A stretch of DNA of 62,062 nucleotides, filler included, from Pseudomonadota bacterium (GTDB taxonomy: Bacteria > Desulfobacterota > Desulfobacteria > Desulfobacterales > JBDRRP01): the NCBI GenBank assembly GCA_043825735.1. It is 4 parts of 4 records of this genome, joined end to end, with 100 filler letters (N's around TTAATTAATTAA, not from the genome) between each part and the next. Parts side by side here need not be neighbours in the genome. Positions count along the whole stretch, not along the records: positions 11,146 to 42,211 come from JBDRRP010000088.1; 3 more parts are not named here. One strand, written 5' to 3'. The notes under the pieces were generated by a model. That model made no database searches and was not told where the DNA came from. It worked only from the letters and a program-made list of their open reading frames with translations. Positions 29,012 through 40,332 of this stretch are shown here, in pieces (positions within the stretch are counted from its first letter, which is position 1; the number at the start of each line of letters is the position of its first letter). A program made the position numbers and the translations under genes.

Positions 29012-29626
29012 ATGGAACGATGCAGACTGGTCTTTTCCGGCTCCGGCGGCCAGGGCGTCATCACCGCTGCGGTCATCCTGGCCGAAGCGGCCGTCATTCA
29101 TGAAGGCCTCATCGCGACCCAGTCGCAGACCTACGGCGCCGCCGCGCGGGGCGGCGCTACGCGCTCGGATGTGATCATCGCCGACTCTGAAATCCACTAC
29201 CCCAAGGTCACGCAACCCAACGTGCTGGTGGCGCTCACCCAGGAGGCCTATTCCAATTTCTACCCCATCATCCGGCCCGGGGGGCTGCTCATTACCGATA
29301 CCCGGTTTGTCACCATCGAAAAAAAGGTGGACGCCCGCCAGTTCGCGCTGCCCATGTACGAAACCGTCATGGCCGAAATCGGAAAACCCATCGTCTTCAA
29401 TATCTGCATGCTGGGGGCCGTCATCGGCATCACTGCCGTGGTTTCTCCGCAGTCCATCATGAAGGTCCTGGAAGACCGGATTCCGCCGGGATTTATCGAC
29501 ATCAACCGCAAGGCCCTTGAAATCGGCATCGCGCTCGGAAACGAGGTGACGACCAAGGCCTTACCGGCTTTGACCCGATTGGACAATCAACGCACTGAAG
29601 GCGGGTTGACCCACCACGCCGATTGA
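29012..29626 (+). CDS. korC: 2-oxoacid:ferredoxin oxidoreductase gamma subunit
   Basis: GSGGQG, YGAAARGG, NICMLG. Confidence 0.9.
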   Translation: MERCRLVFSGSGGQGVITAAVILAEAAVIHEGLIATQSQTYGAAARGGATRSDVIIADSEIHYPKVTQPNVLVALTQEAYSNFYPIIRPGGLLITDTRFVTIEKKVDARQFALPMYETVMAEIGKPIVFNICMLGAVIGITAVVSPQSIMKVLEDRIPPGFIDINRKALEIGIALGNEVTTKALPALTRLDNQRTEGGLTHHAD

Positions 29627-29642
29627 CGTATATCCCGTTGTA

Positions 29643-29725
29643 TCGCTAGGGGTGCAGCGTTGCTGAGAGGCTTTGACGGCCAACCCTTGGAACCTGATCC
29701 GGATAATACCGGCGAAGGGAAGCGG
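29643..29725 (+). ncRNA. TPP riboswitch aptamer
   Basis: GGGGTG..GCTGAGA..ACCCTT.GAACCTGATCCGGATAATACCGGCGAAGGGA upstream of thi genes. Confidence 0.95.
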
Positions 29726-29768
29726 TCCGCGTTCGCGGTTGCCGGTCCACCGGCATCGCATTGCCAGC

Positions 29769-29802
29769 AAGGGCCGACCCTTTTCCGGGTCGGCCTTTTT
29801 TT
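29769..29802 (+). terminator. Expression-platform terminator of the TPP riboswitch
   Basis: GGCCGACCC/GGGTCGGCC hairpin plus T7. Confidence 0.85.
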
Positions 29803-29882
29803 GTTTGGCGCCCAACGCCGGGCGGGCGACGCAGGGGCCCCGGCGCAATCATCAAATAGCCTCTGACGCGGAACGGATGTCG

Positions 29883-30080
29883 ATGAAGATTATCGTGAAC
29901 GGCAGCGAAGAGTCCTGCCCGGAGGGCACCCTTGGAGAATATGTGCGTCGCCAGGGCTTGATCGGGCAGCGGATGGTGGTGGAGCACAACAGGGTCGTGG
30001 TGCCGGCCGAGCGTTGGGACAAACTGACGCTGGCCGAGGGGGATCAACTGGAACTTTTGAGCTTTGTGGGAGGCGGATGA
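29883..30080 (+). CDS. thiS: Sulfur carrier protein ThiS
   Basis: MKIIVNG...VVEHN...FVGGG. Confidence 0.93.
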   Translation: MKIIVNGSEESCPEGTLGEYVRRQGLIGQRMVVEHNRVVVPAERWDKLTLAEGDQLELLSFVGGG

Positions 30081-30081
30081 G

Positions 30082-30852
30082 ATGCGAGAAGACGATTTTC
30101 AACTGGGTCCCCTGCGTCTAAAGAGCCGGCTTCTGACCGGCACGGGGAAATTCTCCGACCACCGACTGATACCGAAAATGCTGGCAGCCAGCAGATCGGG
30201 CATGATCACCGTGGCGCTCCGGCGGGTGGATCTTTCCGACGGGGGAGACAATATTCTCGATGTCATTCCCGAGGCCGTGCAACTGCTGCCCAACACCTCC
30301 GGTGCGCGCACCGCCGAGGAGGCGGTGCGGATCGCGCGGATCGCCCGAGCCGCCGGCTGCGGCGATTTTATCAAGATCGAGGTCATCACCGATGCAAAGT
30401 ATCTGATGCCAGACAACCTGGAGACCCTCAGGGCCACGGAGGTCCTGGCCCGCGAAGGATTTGTGGTGCTCCCCTACGTGGTGCCCGATCTGACGATGGC
30501 CCGTCGGCTCGAGGACGCCGGCGCCGCCGCCGTCATGCCCCTGGGCGCCCCCATCGGCTCAAACCAGGGGCTGAAGACGAAAGACATCATCGCGCTGCTC
30601 ATCGAGTGCTGCCGCGTACCCGTCATCGTGGATGCCGGCCTGGGACGGCCTTCCCACGCGGCCGAAGCCATGGAAATGGGTGCGGCTGCCGTCCTGGTGA
30701 ATACCGCCATCGCCACCGCACCGGATCCGGTGGCCATGGGCGAGGCCTTCGCACTGGCCGTGCGTGCCGGCCGCCTGGCATTTACTTCCCGCATGCCGGC
30801 CATGAGTGAGACGGCAAATGCTTCTTCTCCGCTGACGGGGTTTCTTCGATGA
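30082..30852 (+). CDS. thiG: Thiazole synthase
   Basis: [42 protein letters not shown]. Confidence 0.96.
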   Translation: MREDDFQLGPLRLKSRLLTGTGKFSDHRLIPKMLAASRSGMITVALRRVDLSDGGDNILDVIPEAVQLLPNTSGARTAEEAVRIARIARAAGCGDFIKIEVITDAKYLMPDNLETLRATEVLAREGFVVLPYVVPDLTMARRLEDAGAAAVMPLGAPIGSNQGLKTKDIIALLIECCRVPVIVDAGLGRPSHAAEAMEMGAAAVLVNTAIATAPDPVAMGEAFALAVRAGRLAFTSRMPAMSETANASSPLTGFLR

Positions 30853-31973
30853 TGCGCTTAACCAGTGCCCTGAGTCAATGGGCCCCTGACGCGGTGGCTG
30901 GTCTGCTGGCGCGCAGCACGGCCGGGGATGTGCGGCGTGCGCTGGGCGCCGAGCGGGTGGATATCGCCGGGTTTCTGGCGCTGCTGTCCCGGCCGGCCGC
31001 CGATTTTCTCGAGGAGATGGCCCAAAAAGCCCACCGGCTCACGGTGCAGCAGTTCGGCAGGGTGATGCAGCTTTACATCCCCCTGTATCTCTCCAACTAC
31101 TGCACCAACGCCTGCCTCTACTGCGGCTTCAGCTGCAGCAACCGCATCGACCGGCGGCGCCTGTCCCTCGATGAGATCGATGCCGAGGGACGCGCCATCG
31201 CCGCCGCCGGCATGCGCCACCTGCTGCTGCTCACCGGGGAGGCGCCGGAGCTGACGCCCCTGCCGTATCTTACTGATGCGGTGACGATTCTCAGGCGCCA
31301 CGTGGCCGCCATCGGCATCGAGATGTTTCCGATGGATACCTGTGATTACGCGGCACTGTGCCGCGCCGGTGTGGACAGCCTGACCATCTACCAGGAAACC
31401 TACGATCGCGATATCTACGCCGCCGTCCACCCCAGGGGAAGAAAGGCCGACTACGACTACCGTCTCGGGGCGCCGGACCGCGGGGCCGAGGCCGGTTTCC
31501 GGGCTCTAAACATCGGGGCACTGCTCGGACTGGCCGATCCCCGGGTGGAGGCCTTCTTCATAGGGCTGCATGCCTACGATCTGGAAACACGGTACCCGGA
31601 TGTGGGCATCGGTATCTCACTGCCCCGTATCAATGCGGCTGAAGGCGGGTTTGCGCCGAGTCATCCTCTGGACGATCTCACCTTTGTCCAGATGTTGACC
31701 GCCTTTCGGCTGTTTCTGCCCCGGGCGGACATTTCCCTTTCCACCCGTGAGCGAGCGGCTTTCCGGGACCGGCTGACCCCCCTTGGGGTGACGCGCATGT
31801 CGGCGGGTTCCTGTACCGGGGTCGGCGGTTATGCCGATGCGGGGGAGCGCCCCGGCAGCCAGCAGTTTGCCATCACCGACACGCGCAGCATCGCCGCGGT
31901 GACCGAAGCCATCCGGCGCAGCGGATATCAACCGGTTTTCAAAGATTGGCAGGCGTTGTGCACTTTGGAGTGA
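30849..31973 (+). CDS. thiH: 2-iminoacetate synthase
   Basis: [47 protein letters not shown]. Confidence 0.95.
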   Translation: MMRLTSALSQWAPDAVAGLLARSTAGDVRRALGAERVDIAGFLALLSRPAADFLEEMAQKAHRLTVQQFGRVMQLYIPLYLSNYCTNACLYCGFSCSNRIDRRRLSLDEIDAEGRAIAAAGMRHLLLLTGEAPELTPLPYLTDAVTILRRHVAAIGIEMFPMDTCDYAALCRAGVDSLTIYQETYDRDIYAAVHPRGRKADYDYRLGAPDRGAEAGFRALNIGALLGLADPRVEAFFIGLHAYDLETRYPDVGIGISLPRINAAEGGFAPSHPLDDLTFVQMLTAFRLFLPRADISLSTRERAAFRDRLTPLGVTRMSAGSCTGVGGYADAGERPGSQQFAITDTRSIAAVTEAIRRSGYQPVFKDWQALCTLE

Positions 31974-32072
31974 TGCGAACCGGGCAACCTGTTTGCCGCA
32001 TTCAGTGACCATGGTGTCCGCCGAAATGAGCCGGATCGTACTGGATGTGATGAAATCAGAAAAGGTCTTGAT

Positions 32073-32717
32073 ATGCCCTTCATGCTGCCTGACGGCATAT
32101 ACGGTATCACCGCTGAGGCATTCTCCGGGGGCCGCGCCAACGTGGCCGTGGTTCGTGGCATGATCGATGGCGGTGCCAGGATCATCCAGTACCGGGAAAA
32201 ACACGACCGCAAATCGTTTCGGGACATGGCGGCCGAATGCATCGAAATCCGCCGCATGACTTGGGCTGCGGGCGTGCTTTTCATCGTCAATGACTATGCG
32301 GAACTGGCCATGCTGGTGGATGCCGACGGGGTCCACATCGGTCAGGACGATCTGCCCGTGGCCGCGGTGCGCGAGCGGATCGGAGATAAAATTCTGGGCC
32401 TTTCCACGCACAGCCCGGCGCAGGCCGTCGCTGCCGCTGCCGCCCGGGTCGACTACATCGGGGTGGGGCCGATTTACAAAACCAAAACCAAGGCGGATGT
32501 CTGCGACCCGGTGGGTCTGGACTATCTCGACTTTGTAGTTTCAAACATCGGCATTCCGTTTGTGGCCATCGGCGGCATCAAGGCCCACAACATTGCCGAA
32601 GTGATCGGCCGCGGCGCCCGGACCGTGGCGCTGGTGACCGAGATCGTTGGTGCCGGGGACGTCTCCGGCACAGTGCGGGCGCTCGATGCGCGGGTGAGGA
32701 CCCACAGCGTCGCATAA
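32073..32717 (+). CDS. thiE: Thiamine-phosphate synthase
   Basis: QYREK, IVND, GVHIGQDD, GLSTH, DYIGVGP, VAIGGI. Confidence 0.95.
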   Translation: MPFMLPDGIYGITAEAFSGGRANVAVVRGMIDGGARIIQYREKHDRKSFRDMAAECIEIRRMTWAAGVLFIVNDYAELAMLVDADGVHIGQDDLPVAAVRERIGDKILGLSTHSPAQAVAAAAARVDYIGVGPIYKTKTKADVCDPVGLDYLDFVVSNIGIPFVAIGGIKAHNIAEVIGRGARTVALVTEIVGAGDVSGTVRALDARVRTHSVA

Positions 32718-32771
32718 GTCGACCCGAAGGGCATCTGAAATTCACTGTTTCCAATGAAGAAAGGCATTCCA

Positions 32772-34061
32772 ATGGCATACGCCACCCAACGCGAGGCGGC
32801 CCGCCGGGCCATCGTCACACCGCAGATGCGGCAGGTCCTGGAATCCGAGGCCATCGAGACCGATGCCCTGCTGGCGGCCATGGCAGCGGGCCGCATCGTC
32901 ATTCCGGCCAACACCACCCACCGCAGTCTGGTTGCCGCCGGTATCGGCGATGGCCTGCGAACGAAAGTCAATGTCAATCTCGGCGCTTCCGCCGATTGCT
33001 GCCACCACGACATGGAAATGGCCAAGGTGAACGCGGCGGTGGCCATGAAGGCCGATGCCATCATGGATCTGAGCACCTCGGGGGACATCCGCGGCTTTCG
33101 GCGGCGGCTCCTGGATACCTGCCCCCTCATGATCGGGACCGTGCCGGTCTACGATCTGGCGGCCGCGCCGGGGCAGCGGGTGTCCGAGATCCGGGTGGAT
33201 GATTTTTTCCACTGCGTGGAAACGCATGCCGAGGACGGCGTCGATTTCATAACCATTCATGCGGGATTGACCCGTTCGAGCCTGGACGCACTGCTGCGCC
33301 GCCCGAGGTTGACTCATGTCGTGAGCCGCGGCGGCAGCCTCATGCTGGAGTGGATGCATGCCACGGGCATGGAAAATCCCTTCTATGAGCACTTCGACCG
33401 GCTGCTTGATATCTGTCGGCGATACGATGTCACGCTAAGCCTCGGGGACGGGCTGCGTCCCGGCAGCATTCACGATGCCACCGATACGCCGCAGATCCAG
33501 GAACTGCTGATACTGGGGGAGTTGACCCTGCAGGCCTGGGATGCCGATGTCCAGGTCATCATCGAAGGCCCGGGTCATGTGCCGCTGAATGAAATCGCCG
33601 CCAACATGCTCATTCAAAAGAAGATCTGCCACGGGGCGCCGTTTTATGTGCTCGGCCCCCTTGTCACCGATGTGGCTCCCGGATATGATCATATCACCGC
33701 GGCCATCGGCGGGGCCCTGGCGGCCGCCCACGGCGCCGCTTTTCTGTGCTACGTGACCCCGGCGGAGCATTTGCGCCTCCCGGATCTTGACGACATGAAA
33801 GAGGGGATCATCGCCGCGCGCATTGCCGCCCATGCCGCCGACGTGGCCAAGGGGCTGCCCGGTGCCGCGGATTGGGACCACGCCATGAGCCGGGCCCGGC
33901 GGGATCTGGACTGGCCGAAGATGTACGATTTGGCAATAGACCCCGAAAAGGCCAGGCGCTACCGGGAATCGGTCGCCCCCAGCGATGAGACGGTTTGCAG
34001 CATGTGTGGAGACCTTTGCGCCGTGAAACGCTCCCGCCGCGTCTTCGAAACCACGCCATGA
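32772..34061 (+). CDS. thiC: Phosphomethylpyrimidine synthase
   Basis: [52 protein letters not shown]. Confidence 0.96.
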   Translation: MAYATQREAARRAIVTPQMRQVLESEAIETDALLAAMAAGRIVIPANTTHRSLVAAGIGDGLRTKVNVNLGASADCCHHDMEMAKVNAAVAMKADAIMDLSTSGDIRGFRRRLLDTCPLMIGTVPVYDLAAAPGQRVSEIRVDDFFHCVETHAEDGVDFITIHAGLTRSSLDALLRRPRLTHVVSRGGSLMLEWMHATGMENPFYEHFDRLLDICRRYDVTLSLGDGLRPGSIHDATDTPQIQELLILGELTLQAWDADVQVIIEGPGHVPLNEIAANMLIQKKICHGAPFYVLGPLVTDVAPGYDHITAAIGGALAAAHGAAFLCYVTPAEHLRLPDLDDMKEGIIAARIAAHAADVAKGLPGAADWDHAMSRARRDLDWPKMYDLAIDPEKARRYRESVAPSDETVCSMCGDLCAVKRSRRVFETTP

Positions 34062-35209
34062 GCCCCGGCACGCCGGCCGGCGTCTACGTTCACGTACCCT
34101 TCTGCCGGAAGAAGTGCCGGTACTGCGATTTTTATTCCATCGCCGACATTTCCCTGACGGAAGACTACCTGGCGGCCGTGACGGCCGAGATCGGCCGAAG
34201 CGCGGAGGCCGGCACGCTGGTGGACACGGTCTATGTGGGCGGCGGCACGCCCTCGCTTTTAGGGCCGGCAGGCATCGGCCGCATCCTGGAGCGGGTGGCC
34301 GCCGTCTTTTCCGTGGCGCCGGACGCCGAGGTGACCATCGAGGTCAATCCGGGCGCCGTGAGCGCCGGGGATGTCGAGGGCTATGCGGCCGCCGGCGTCA
34401 ACCGGCTCAGCGTCGGCGTTCAGTCCTTCAATGACGCCGCGCTCGCCTTCCTGGGGCGCATTCACACGGCCTCCCAGGCGGCCGAGACCTTGAACCGGGC
34501 CCGGGATGCCGGCATCGCCAACCTCGGGCTGGACCTGATATACGGCCTTCCGGATCAGCGTCCGGAAGACTGGGCGGCGGACCTGTCCGCGGCGCTGTCG
34601 TTCGCCCCGGAACACATCTCCTGCTATATGCTCACCGTGGAACCGGGCACGCCGCTCGACGTCGACCGCACAATGGACCGGTTCTCGCCCCTGTCCGATG
34701 AGCGAACCGGCGCGCTGTTCCGGCAGAGCCGGCGCACGATCCGCAACGGCGGGTATCTTCATTACGAGATCTCCAACTTTTCCAGCACCGCCGCCACAAT
34801 GTCCCGTCACAACCGGAAATACTGGTCCGGGGCCCCATACTACGGGTTCGGTCCGTCGGCGCATTCATTCCTGCCGCCCATTCGCCGGTGGAACGCGGCC
34901 GATGTGGGCCGCTACATCGACGCGGTTTCAACGGGGGCGGCCACGGTTGCCGGCCAGGAACGCCTCACCCGCGAACAGGCCATGATGGAGATGGTGATGC
35001 TCGGACTTCGGCAGACGGCGGGTATCGATATCAACAGATTCAACGATGTCTTCGGGGTCGATTTCCACGACCAGTTTTCGGCGGTGCTGCCGTCTATGGA
35101 AGACCGCGGGCTTGTTGTCGTGGATCAGACCGGCTGCCGTCTTACCGAAGAGGGTATGGTGGTGATGGATGCGGTGGTGGCGCGGATGGTCGGCGATATC
35201 TGCCCATAA
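34058..35209 (+). CDS. hemW: Radical SAM heme chaperone HemW
   Basis: [33 protein letters not shown]. Confidence 0.9.
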   Translation: MSPGTPAGVYVHVPFCRKKCRYCDFYSIADISLTEDYLAAVTAEIGRSAEAGTLVDTVYVGGGTPSLLGPAGIGRILERVAAVFSVAPDAEVTIEVNPGAVSAGDVEGYAAAGVNRLSVGVQSFNDAALAFLGRIHTASQAAETLNRARDAGIANLGLDLIYGLPDQRPEDWAADLSAALSFAPEHISCYMLTVEPGTPLDVDRTMDRFSPLSDERTGALFRQSRRTIRNGGYLHYEISNFSSTAATMSRHNRKYWSGAPYYGFGPSAHSFLPPIRRWNAADVGRYIDAVSTGAATVAGQERLTREQAMMEMVMLGLRQTAGIDINRFNDVFGVDFHDQFSAVLPSMEDRGLVVVDQTGCRLTEEGMVVMDAVVARMVGDICP

Positions 35210-35381
35210 ATGGCATCTTTTTGCCCTTGGCGGTGTTCTCGCTCGTCTTCAATCCTCGGGTTGTTCGTCTGGAGCCCGTTGCGAAGCACCGGGTTTCCAA
35301 GACAAATAGCAGGCTATTCCTCCGGTTGAAGACTCGTTCGAGCCTTGCCAGGAACCAAAACCTACCCTTTCTGGGCAGATA
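35197..35381. repeat. Family B MITE-like element overlapping the hemW stop codon
   Basis: TATCTGCCCA ... TGGGCAGATA ends; family B core; 45-bp cassette at 35259-35303. Confidence 0.72.
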
Positions 35382-35667
35382 CGATATGCATGATAAGGGC
35401 GGATGAAGGTAGAAGGTTGAAGGCTGAAGGGCGGATGACAGGCGACCGAAGGTGGTGGGTTTTGCTATCCACGATGCTCCGGCCTCATGGTGTCCCTATG
35501 CCGGTGCCGCTAAGGGCATGGCTTTGTCCAGGTCAATTACTTCGACAAGAGCGTTCTTTTAGTTGTCCGTTTAAAGAAAAGAGCCAGACGCGGGCACCCG
35601 GCACCTTAACAGCAACATCACAAAAGCGGTGTGGCGACGCGGAAGCATCGCCACAAGGGGGAAATAT

Positions 35668-35709
35668 AAAAGATCAGGGCCGCTCCCGAAGGAGCGGCCC
35701 TGATCTTTT
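35668..35709. terminator. Bidirectional intrinsic terminator
   Basis: AAAAGATCAGGGCCGCTCC-CGAA-GGAGCGGCCCTGATCTTTT between convergent genes. Confidence 0.85.
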
Positions 35710-36856
35710 ATGTGGACAGGGTCTTGATCAGCACGCCCAGATAAAACCGGGCGTGGCTGATGGGGGCGGCCATGTTGGCACGGTGGTTGGCGAGGATGCC
35801 GCTCAGATTGCTGTTGGTGATGACGATGGGGGAGACCTCCATGGCGTACTCCAGCGACTCGATGGCATGGTGGATGACGTCAACCCCACGGCGGGCCTCC
35901 AGTGTCTGCGCGAAATCAACAGCCACGGCCGATAAAATGGGGTGCATGGCACTGGCCACCCCCTTGGCATAGAAGATGTAGTCATCGGATTTGAAGAAGC
36001 TCACCGGATCCCCGTTGGCTTCGTAGTGTTTGACCAGGTTTTCGTCACTGCTGCCCAAAAGGTCTTCGTAGGCAATGAGCAGGGGGATCAAATTGTCGGA
36101 TCGGGTGTAAAAGGGGGCGCCGCCCTTGATGATCCGGTCACGGTATTTTGTCATGGCCTTGAGCGCGTCGCCGTACATTGCCTCCGGTGACGGGAACCAA
36201 TACTGGGTGGGGCGCATCATCAGCCAGTTCATGGCGTTTTCGAGGTCTTTGTCGAAGGCGGCCGTACTGCCGGTGCGGGAGATGCGCTCGGTCAGCACTA
36301 CGATGGTGCGCCGGGTCACCTCGAGTGCGCCCAGCTGGAAGTTATTCACGTTGTCAGTGACGTTGATGATATCGTTGGGGCGCCACCCCCAGAACCGTTG
36401 ATTGAGCTCATAGTCCATCGGGCCGATGAGCGCATCGACAAAGGCCACGCCTTTGATAAACTGGACGGCTTCTTGGCTTTCCGCCGGCGCGGCTGCCGTG
36501 CGGCCGTGCCCGGCTTTGGGCTGCGCCGGTGCGGGCAGGGTGCCCGCCGAAACGTCTTTGGCGCTGTAGACGTCTTTGGGGCTTTCCGCCGTAACCCGGT
36601 GGACATCCGGGGGTGTCGAGGCCACAGGGTCCTTTACCGTCATTTCGTCCTTGGGCGCCGGTGCCGGCGTTACGTGACGCACGGCCACCGGTTCATTGGG
36701 CTGGTCCGATCCTGCAATCCAGCCCACCACCACATTGGCGATCCACAGGCCGGCCAGAACGGCCACCGCACCGATGATCAGCCGTTTTTTGCCAAACCGC
36801 GCAATCAGGCGCTGCATCCAGGATGCTTTTTCTTCGCTATGGTTGTTATCCTGCAT
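35708..36856 (-). CDS. DUF2333 family protein
   Basis: GWRPND, DNVNNFQLG, YWFPSPE, FYTRSDNL, DDYIFYAKG, ANHRANMA. Confidence 0.75.
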   Translation of the reverse strand: MQDNNHSEEKASWMQRLIARFGKKRLIIGAVAVLAGLWIANVVVGWIAGSDQPNEPVAVRHVTPAPAPKDEMTVKDPVASTPPDVHRVTAESPKDVYSAKDVSAGTLPAPAQPKAGHGRTAAAPAESQEAVQFIKGVAFVDALIGPMDYELNQRFWGWRPNDIINVTDNVNNFQLGALEVTRRTIVVLTERISRTGSTAAFDKDLENAMNWLMMRPTQYWFPSPEAMYGDALKAMTKYRDRIIKGGAPFYTRSDNLIPLLIAYEDLLGSSDENLVKHYEANGDPVSFFKSDDYIFYAKGVASAMHPILSAVAVDFAQTLEARRGVDVIHHAIESLEYAMEVSPIVITNSNLSGILANHRANMAAPISHARFYLGVLIKTLST

Positions 36857-36926
36857 TGTTTCACCGTGGTCCTTGCTGGGATGGCCGAGTGGCCGTTTTC
36901 CTGTGTTTAAAATGGGTGAGCACCGA

Positions 36927-38840
36927 TCATGCCGATTTTCTCAATTTGCGGATGTCGCCGATCCGGATGGTGACATGGGTGCTGTCAAAATGTTCGATCA
37001 AAGGTATCACATATTTTCGGGAAGCTCCAGTCATATCCTTGAACTGAGGTGTTGAGATCTCCCCGTTTTTATTAAGAAAGTCGATCAGCTCGTCTTTTAG
37101 CCGCGAGACGGCGTCGGCGTCGAAATAGAGGTCTTCCTTGACCTTGACCAGATCGCCGCGTTCGTGAAGCAGCTGCAGCACCGCCTTGGCCGTCTTGGCG
37201 TCGAATCCGAAGGCGCCGGGCAGCTCCTTGAAATAGGGCGGCTGGAGCTTGGCGTCGCGATAGGCGGTCAGCATTTTTTCCCGGATATCGCTCTGGTCGG
37301 CGCCGAGCGATATTTTGTAGCCCGCCAGCCGAACGGTTTCTTCTTCCACGGCCACGACATTTTCCTTGACCATCTGGTTCAAAATCAGGGTGAAGAGTTT
37401 AGGGTGCAGCCATACGGGATACTTGGATTTGAGCTCCTCTTTCTGCATACCGGCTTTAAGGGGATTGTCCGCGTGGTAGCGCTCCAGTTGTACGCGCATC
37501 TGGTCTTTGAGCTCGCCGAAGTGTTTGCCGTGGATGTAGTCGCGGTGTTCCTTATCCACGAGAACCAGGGTTCGGTTTGAGAGCAGGGAGCCGATGGCAT
37601 TTTCCAGCGGTTTGTCCGAAAGACTCGTCATGAGCTTCAGATCGATGAAGCTCACCCCCCGCGTACCGGCCGCATCGGCCTGGATATCGATGACCGTCTC
37701 CGGCGGGCTGTCGAGCAGGCGGTTGAGGCCATCTGAGATCTCGGTGTGGAAGCGTTTGTGCTTTACCGGCACCGGGTTCAGAATGATGCCGCCGCCCACG
37801 GTGCGTACCGGCGAGTAGCTGCGGATCACGAAATGGTCGTCGCGCACGAGCGACACCGGCTCATCCAGCCGGATCTGTGCCACCGCTGTCTCTCCGGGGG
37901 CCAGCTCGTCGCGGTCCAACAGGATCACCAGGCCGAGAATCTCGCTGGTGCCCGAATGAAAGCGCACCCGGGTCCGGTTTTTAAGCGGACGGGGGATGCT
38001 TTTAAGATACTGAAGGGAGACATCCACCATGTAGCTGGGTTTGAGGGCGCCGGGGGTGGAGACGACCTGACCGCGGTCAATGGCGCTCTTTTCAAGCCCC
38101 TGGAAATTGATGGCGGTGCGCTGGCCGGCCCGGGCGGTTTCGACGCTGCTGTTGTGGACCTGAACGCCGCGCACCTTGGACTTCTCACCGGTCGGATAGA
38201 TTTCCACGGCCTCGCCGACGCTGACGGCGCCCGATATGAGGGTGCCGGTGATCACCGTGCCGAATCCCTTCATGGTGAAGACCCGGTCCACGGGCAGGCG
38301 GAAAAGCCCTGAATCCTTGTGCCCGGGCACCTGACCGCTCAAGGTCTCCACTTCCTTGACGAAGTTGTCGAGGCCGATCTCCTTGACCGCGCTCACCGGT
38401 ACAATGCTGGCGCCATCCAGAAACGTCCCCTTGAGAAAATCCCGGATGTCTTCCTGGACGAGTTCCATCCACTCCTCGTCCACCATGTCGATTTTGGTGA
38501 GGGCCACAAATCCGTGACGCACCCCCAACAGGGTGCAGATTTCCATATGCTCGCGGGTCTGGGGCATGACCCCTTCATCGGCGGCGATGACCATGGCCAC
38601 CATGTCGACGCCCGAGGCGCCGGCGACCATGTTCTTGACGAATTTTTCATGGCCGGGCACATCGACAATGCCGATGCGCTGGCCGCCGGGCAGATCCAGA
38701 GAGGCGAACCCCAACTCGATAGTGATGCCGCGCTCCTGCTCTTCTTTCAGACGGTCCGTGTTGATGCCCGTAACGGCCCGGATGAGCGATGTCTTGCCGT
38801 GGTCGATGTGTCCGGCGGTGCCGAGAATGATCTGTTTCAA
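36927..38840 (-). CDS. selB: Selenocysteine-specific elongation factor
   Basis: [30 protein letters not shown]-terminal winged helix [13 protein letters not shown] start. Confidence 0.97.
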   Translation of the reverse strand: MKQIILGTAGHIDHGKTSLIRAVTGINTDRLKEEQERGITIELGFASLDLPGGQRIGIVDVPGHEKFVKNMVAGASGVDMVAMVIAADEGVMPQTREHMEICTLLGVRHGFVALTKIDMVDEEWMELVQEDIRDFLKGTFLDGASIVPVSAVKEIGLDNFVKEVETLSGQVPGHKDSGLFRLPVDRVFTMKGFGTVITGTLISGAVSVGEAVEIYPTGEKSKVRGVQVHNSSVETARAGQRTAINFQGLEKSAIDRGQVVSTPGALKPSYMVDVSLQYLKSIPRPLKNRTRVRFHSGTSEILGLVILLDRDELAPGETAVAQIRLDEPVSLVRDDHFVIRSYSPVRTVGGGIILNPVPVKHKRFHTEISDGLNRLLDSPPETVIDIQADAAGTRGVSFIDLKLMTSLSDKPLENAIGSLLSNRTLVLVDKEHRDYIHGKHFGELKDQMRVQLERYHADNPLKAGMQKEELKSKYPVWLHPKLFTLILNQMVKENVVAVEEETVRLAGYKISLGADQSDIREKMLTAYRDAKLQPPYFKELPGAFGFDAKTAKAVLQLLHERGDLVKVKEDLYFDADAVSRLKDELIDFLNKNGEISTPQFKDMTGASRKYVIPLIEHFDSTHVTIRIGDIRKLRKSA

Positions 38841-38867
38841 TGTAAAACCTCAAAACCTAACTGCTGG

Positions 38868-39390
38868 CTCACCGCAGAGGCGCAGAGATCGCAGAGAGGT
38901 GTTTAACAAAGCAAAAATCCCTTTGCGCCATCTGCGCCTCTTCAGTGAGCATCGCTGTTAACAATCAGGCAGCCCATTGGCTACCCGGGTAATACCGTCG
39001 CGCATCAGCGAAACGTTAAAGTTAAGAATCAACCCAAGCTGCTTGTGTACCTCGATCGCGGCCCCAATAACTTCGCTAGTGAGTTGATTGAGTTCCATAT
39101 GTACCATTGAACAGTCGGCGCAGGCTTTTCCGGTTTTCTATAATTACCCTCTGCGCTCTCTGCGCCTCTGCGGTGAGACTCGCTGTTCGCCCTTCAGCGC
39201 GAAGCGCCCTAACCCGCTTTTCTCCGTGTTCTCCGTGTCTCCGTGGTTCACCTGCTGTTGGCCGTTGCCGTTTCGCGCGTAGCGCCCCAACCCGCTTTCC
39301 TCTGCGTTCTCTGCGCCCCTGTCCGCCGTAGCTTTGGGGTTTGCGAAGGCGGATCTGCGGTGAACCGGTTTTGCGCCTTTGCGGTGAATC
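38868..39390 (-). repeat. Array of 9-nt periodic arms (CACCGCAGAGnnGCAGAG-type) surrounding a GxxExxY remnant
   Basis: About five co-oriented arms plus one inverted arm next to the selB start. Confidence 0.7.
38958..39098 (-). pseudogene. Internally deleted GxxExxY-family gene (46 aa)
   Basis: Manual translation MELNQLTSEVIGAAIEVHKQLG|LILNFNVSLMRDGITRVANGLPDC*: family-like N- and C-termini fused, core absent. Confidence 0.8.
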
Positions 39391-39621
39391 CTATTTCTTC
39401 CGGTTCCGGAAATATTCCGTCACGTAGGACATGCCCACCAGAAAAACGGCAAGGCCGCCCGCGGTCAGAGGATCGATGCGCTGGAAAAAAAAACGGGACA
39501 TGACCACGGCGATGCCGAGACCGACAACGGCCCGAATGACGAAAATCTGGTAACGTGGCACGCGAACGCCTCTGTGCTGAAATGTTAAAATAACGGCTGC
39601 CGCAGTATTGGCAGCTTAATC

Positions 39622-39930
39622 TTGATAATCCCGTAAAAAGTCGAATTTTCCCTTTTTCTGTCATTCCGGACGAGTGATACGAGATCCGGAATCCAGTGAG
39701 TTCTGGCGCTTCTGGGCTCCGGCCTTCCACCTTCGCCAAGGCTTCGGCGGACAAGTCGCCGGAGTGACGACGTTAGGAACTTTTTACGGATGCATCAATC
39801 TTGAGGGACTCGTAAGAAAAGCAATTTTCTCGCCAAGGCGCCAAGTCCGCCAAGAAAACCGAACGCTGAACATCGAACGTCCAACTTCGAATTTTGAATG
39901 GGAAGCGCAAGCGCAGGTTCAAGGTTTAAA
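39622..39930. repeat. Two tandem family A elements; the first contains a GTCATTCC-type REP doublet
   Basis: 39622-39798 complete; the second starts 2 nt later at 39801 and is truncated. Confidence 0.72.
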
Positions 39931-40167
39931 ATCGTTCACAATCTAATCGCCAACGATGCAACTGTAAAGCCGAAGTTTATGTATCTAACCGAAAACAATG
40001 AAAAATGTGTTTCAATTGCGGCCGATCAAGATACTACAGCAGGGGGCCCCGATGGTCAATACCCCTGAGCCGGCGCACCAGGCGGCGGCATCGCTCTGCG
40101 GCCCGGCGCGGCTCAGAAAATACCTTGCCATATTACAGGGGTTTTGGTAATAGACAAGTTTCTCTAT

Positions 40168-40244
40168 GGTGGGTGTAGCTCAGTTGGCAGAGCATCAGGT
40201 TGTGGCCCTGAGGGTCGTGGGTTCAAGCCCCATCACTCACCCCA
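40168..40244 (+). tRNA. tRNA-His (GTG)
   Basis: Cloverleaf with G-1, anticodon loop TT-GTG-GC, C73, encoded CCA. Confidence 0.97.
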
Positions 40245-40255
40245 TTTTGACAATG

Positions 40256-40289
40256 AAAAGCCACTGCGGTAATAAACGCAGTGGCTTTT
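40256..40289 (+). terminator. Hairpin terminator after tRNA-His
   Basis: AAAAGCCACTGCG/CGCAGTGGCTTTT. Confidence 0.7.
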
Positions 40290-40332
40290 CGTATCTGGCG
40301 GCCTGCTGCAATCGACCGCCGGGTCAGGATGC

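Noticed and set aside
29673..29882. Extended 135-aa thiS ORF
   Set aside because: The extension overlaps the TPP riboswitch and its terminator
38868..39390. Possible CRISPR array
   Set aside because: Repeats are degenerate, internally periodic and irregularly spaced; no cas genes in the window
39556..39572. Sigma54 promoter TGGCACG
   Set aside because: No TTGC at the -12 position
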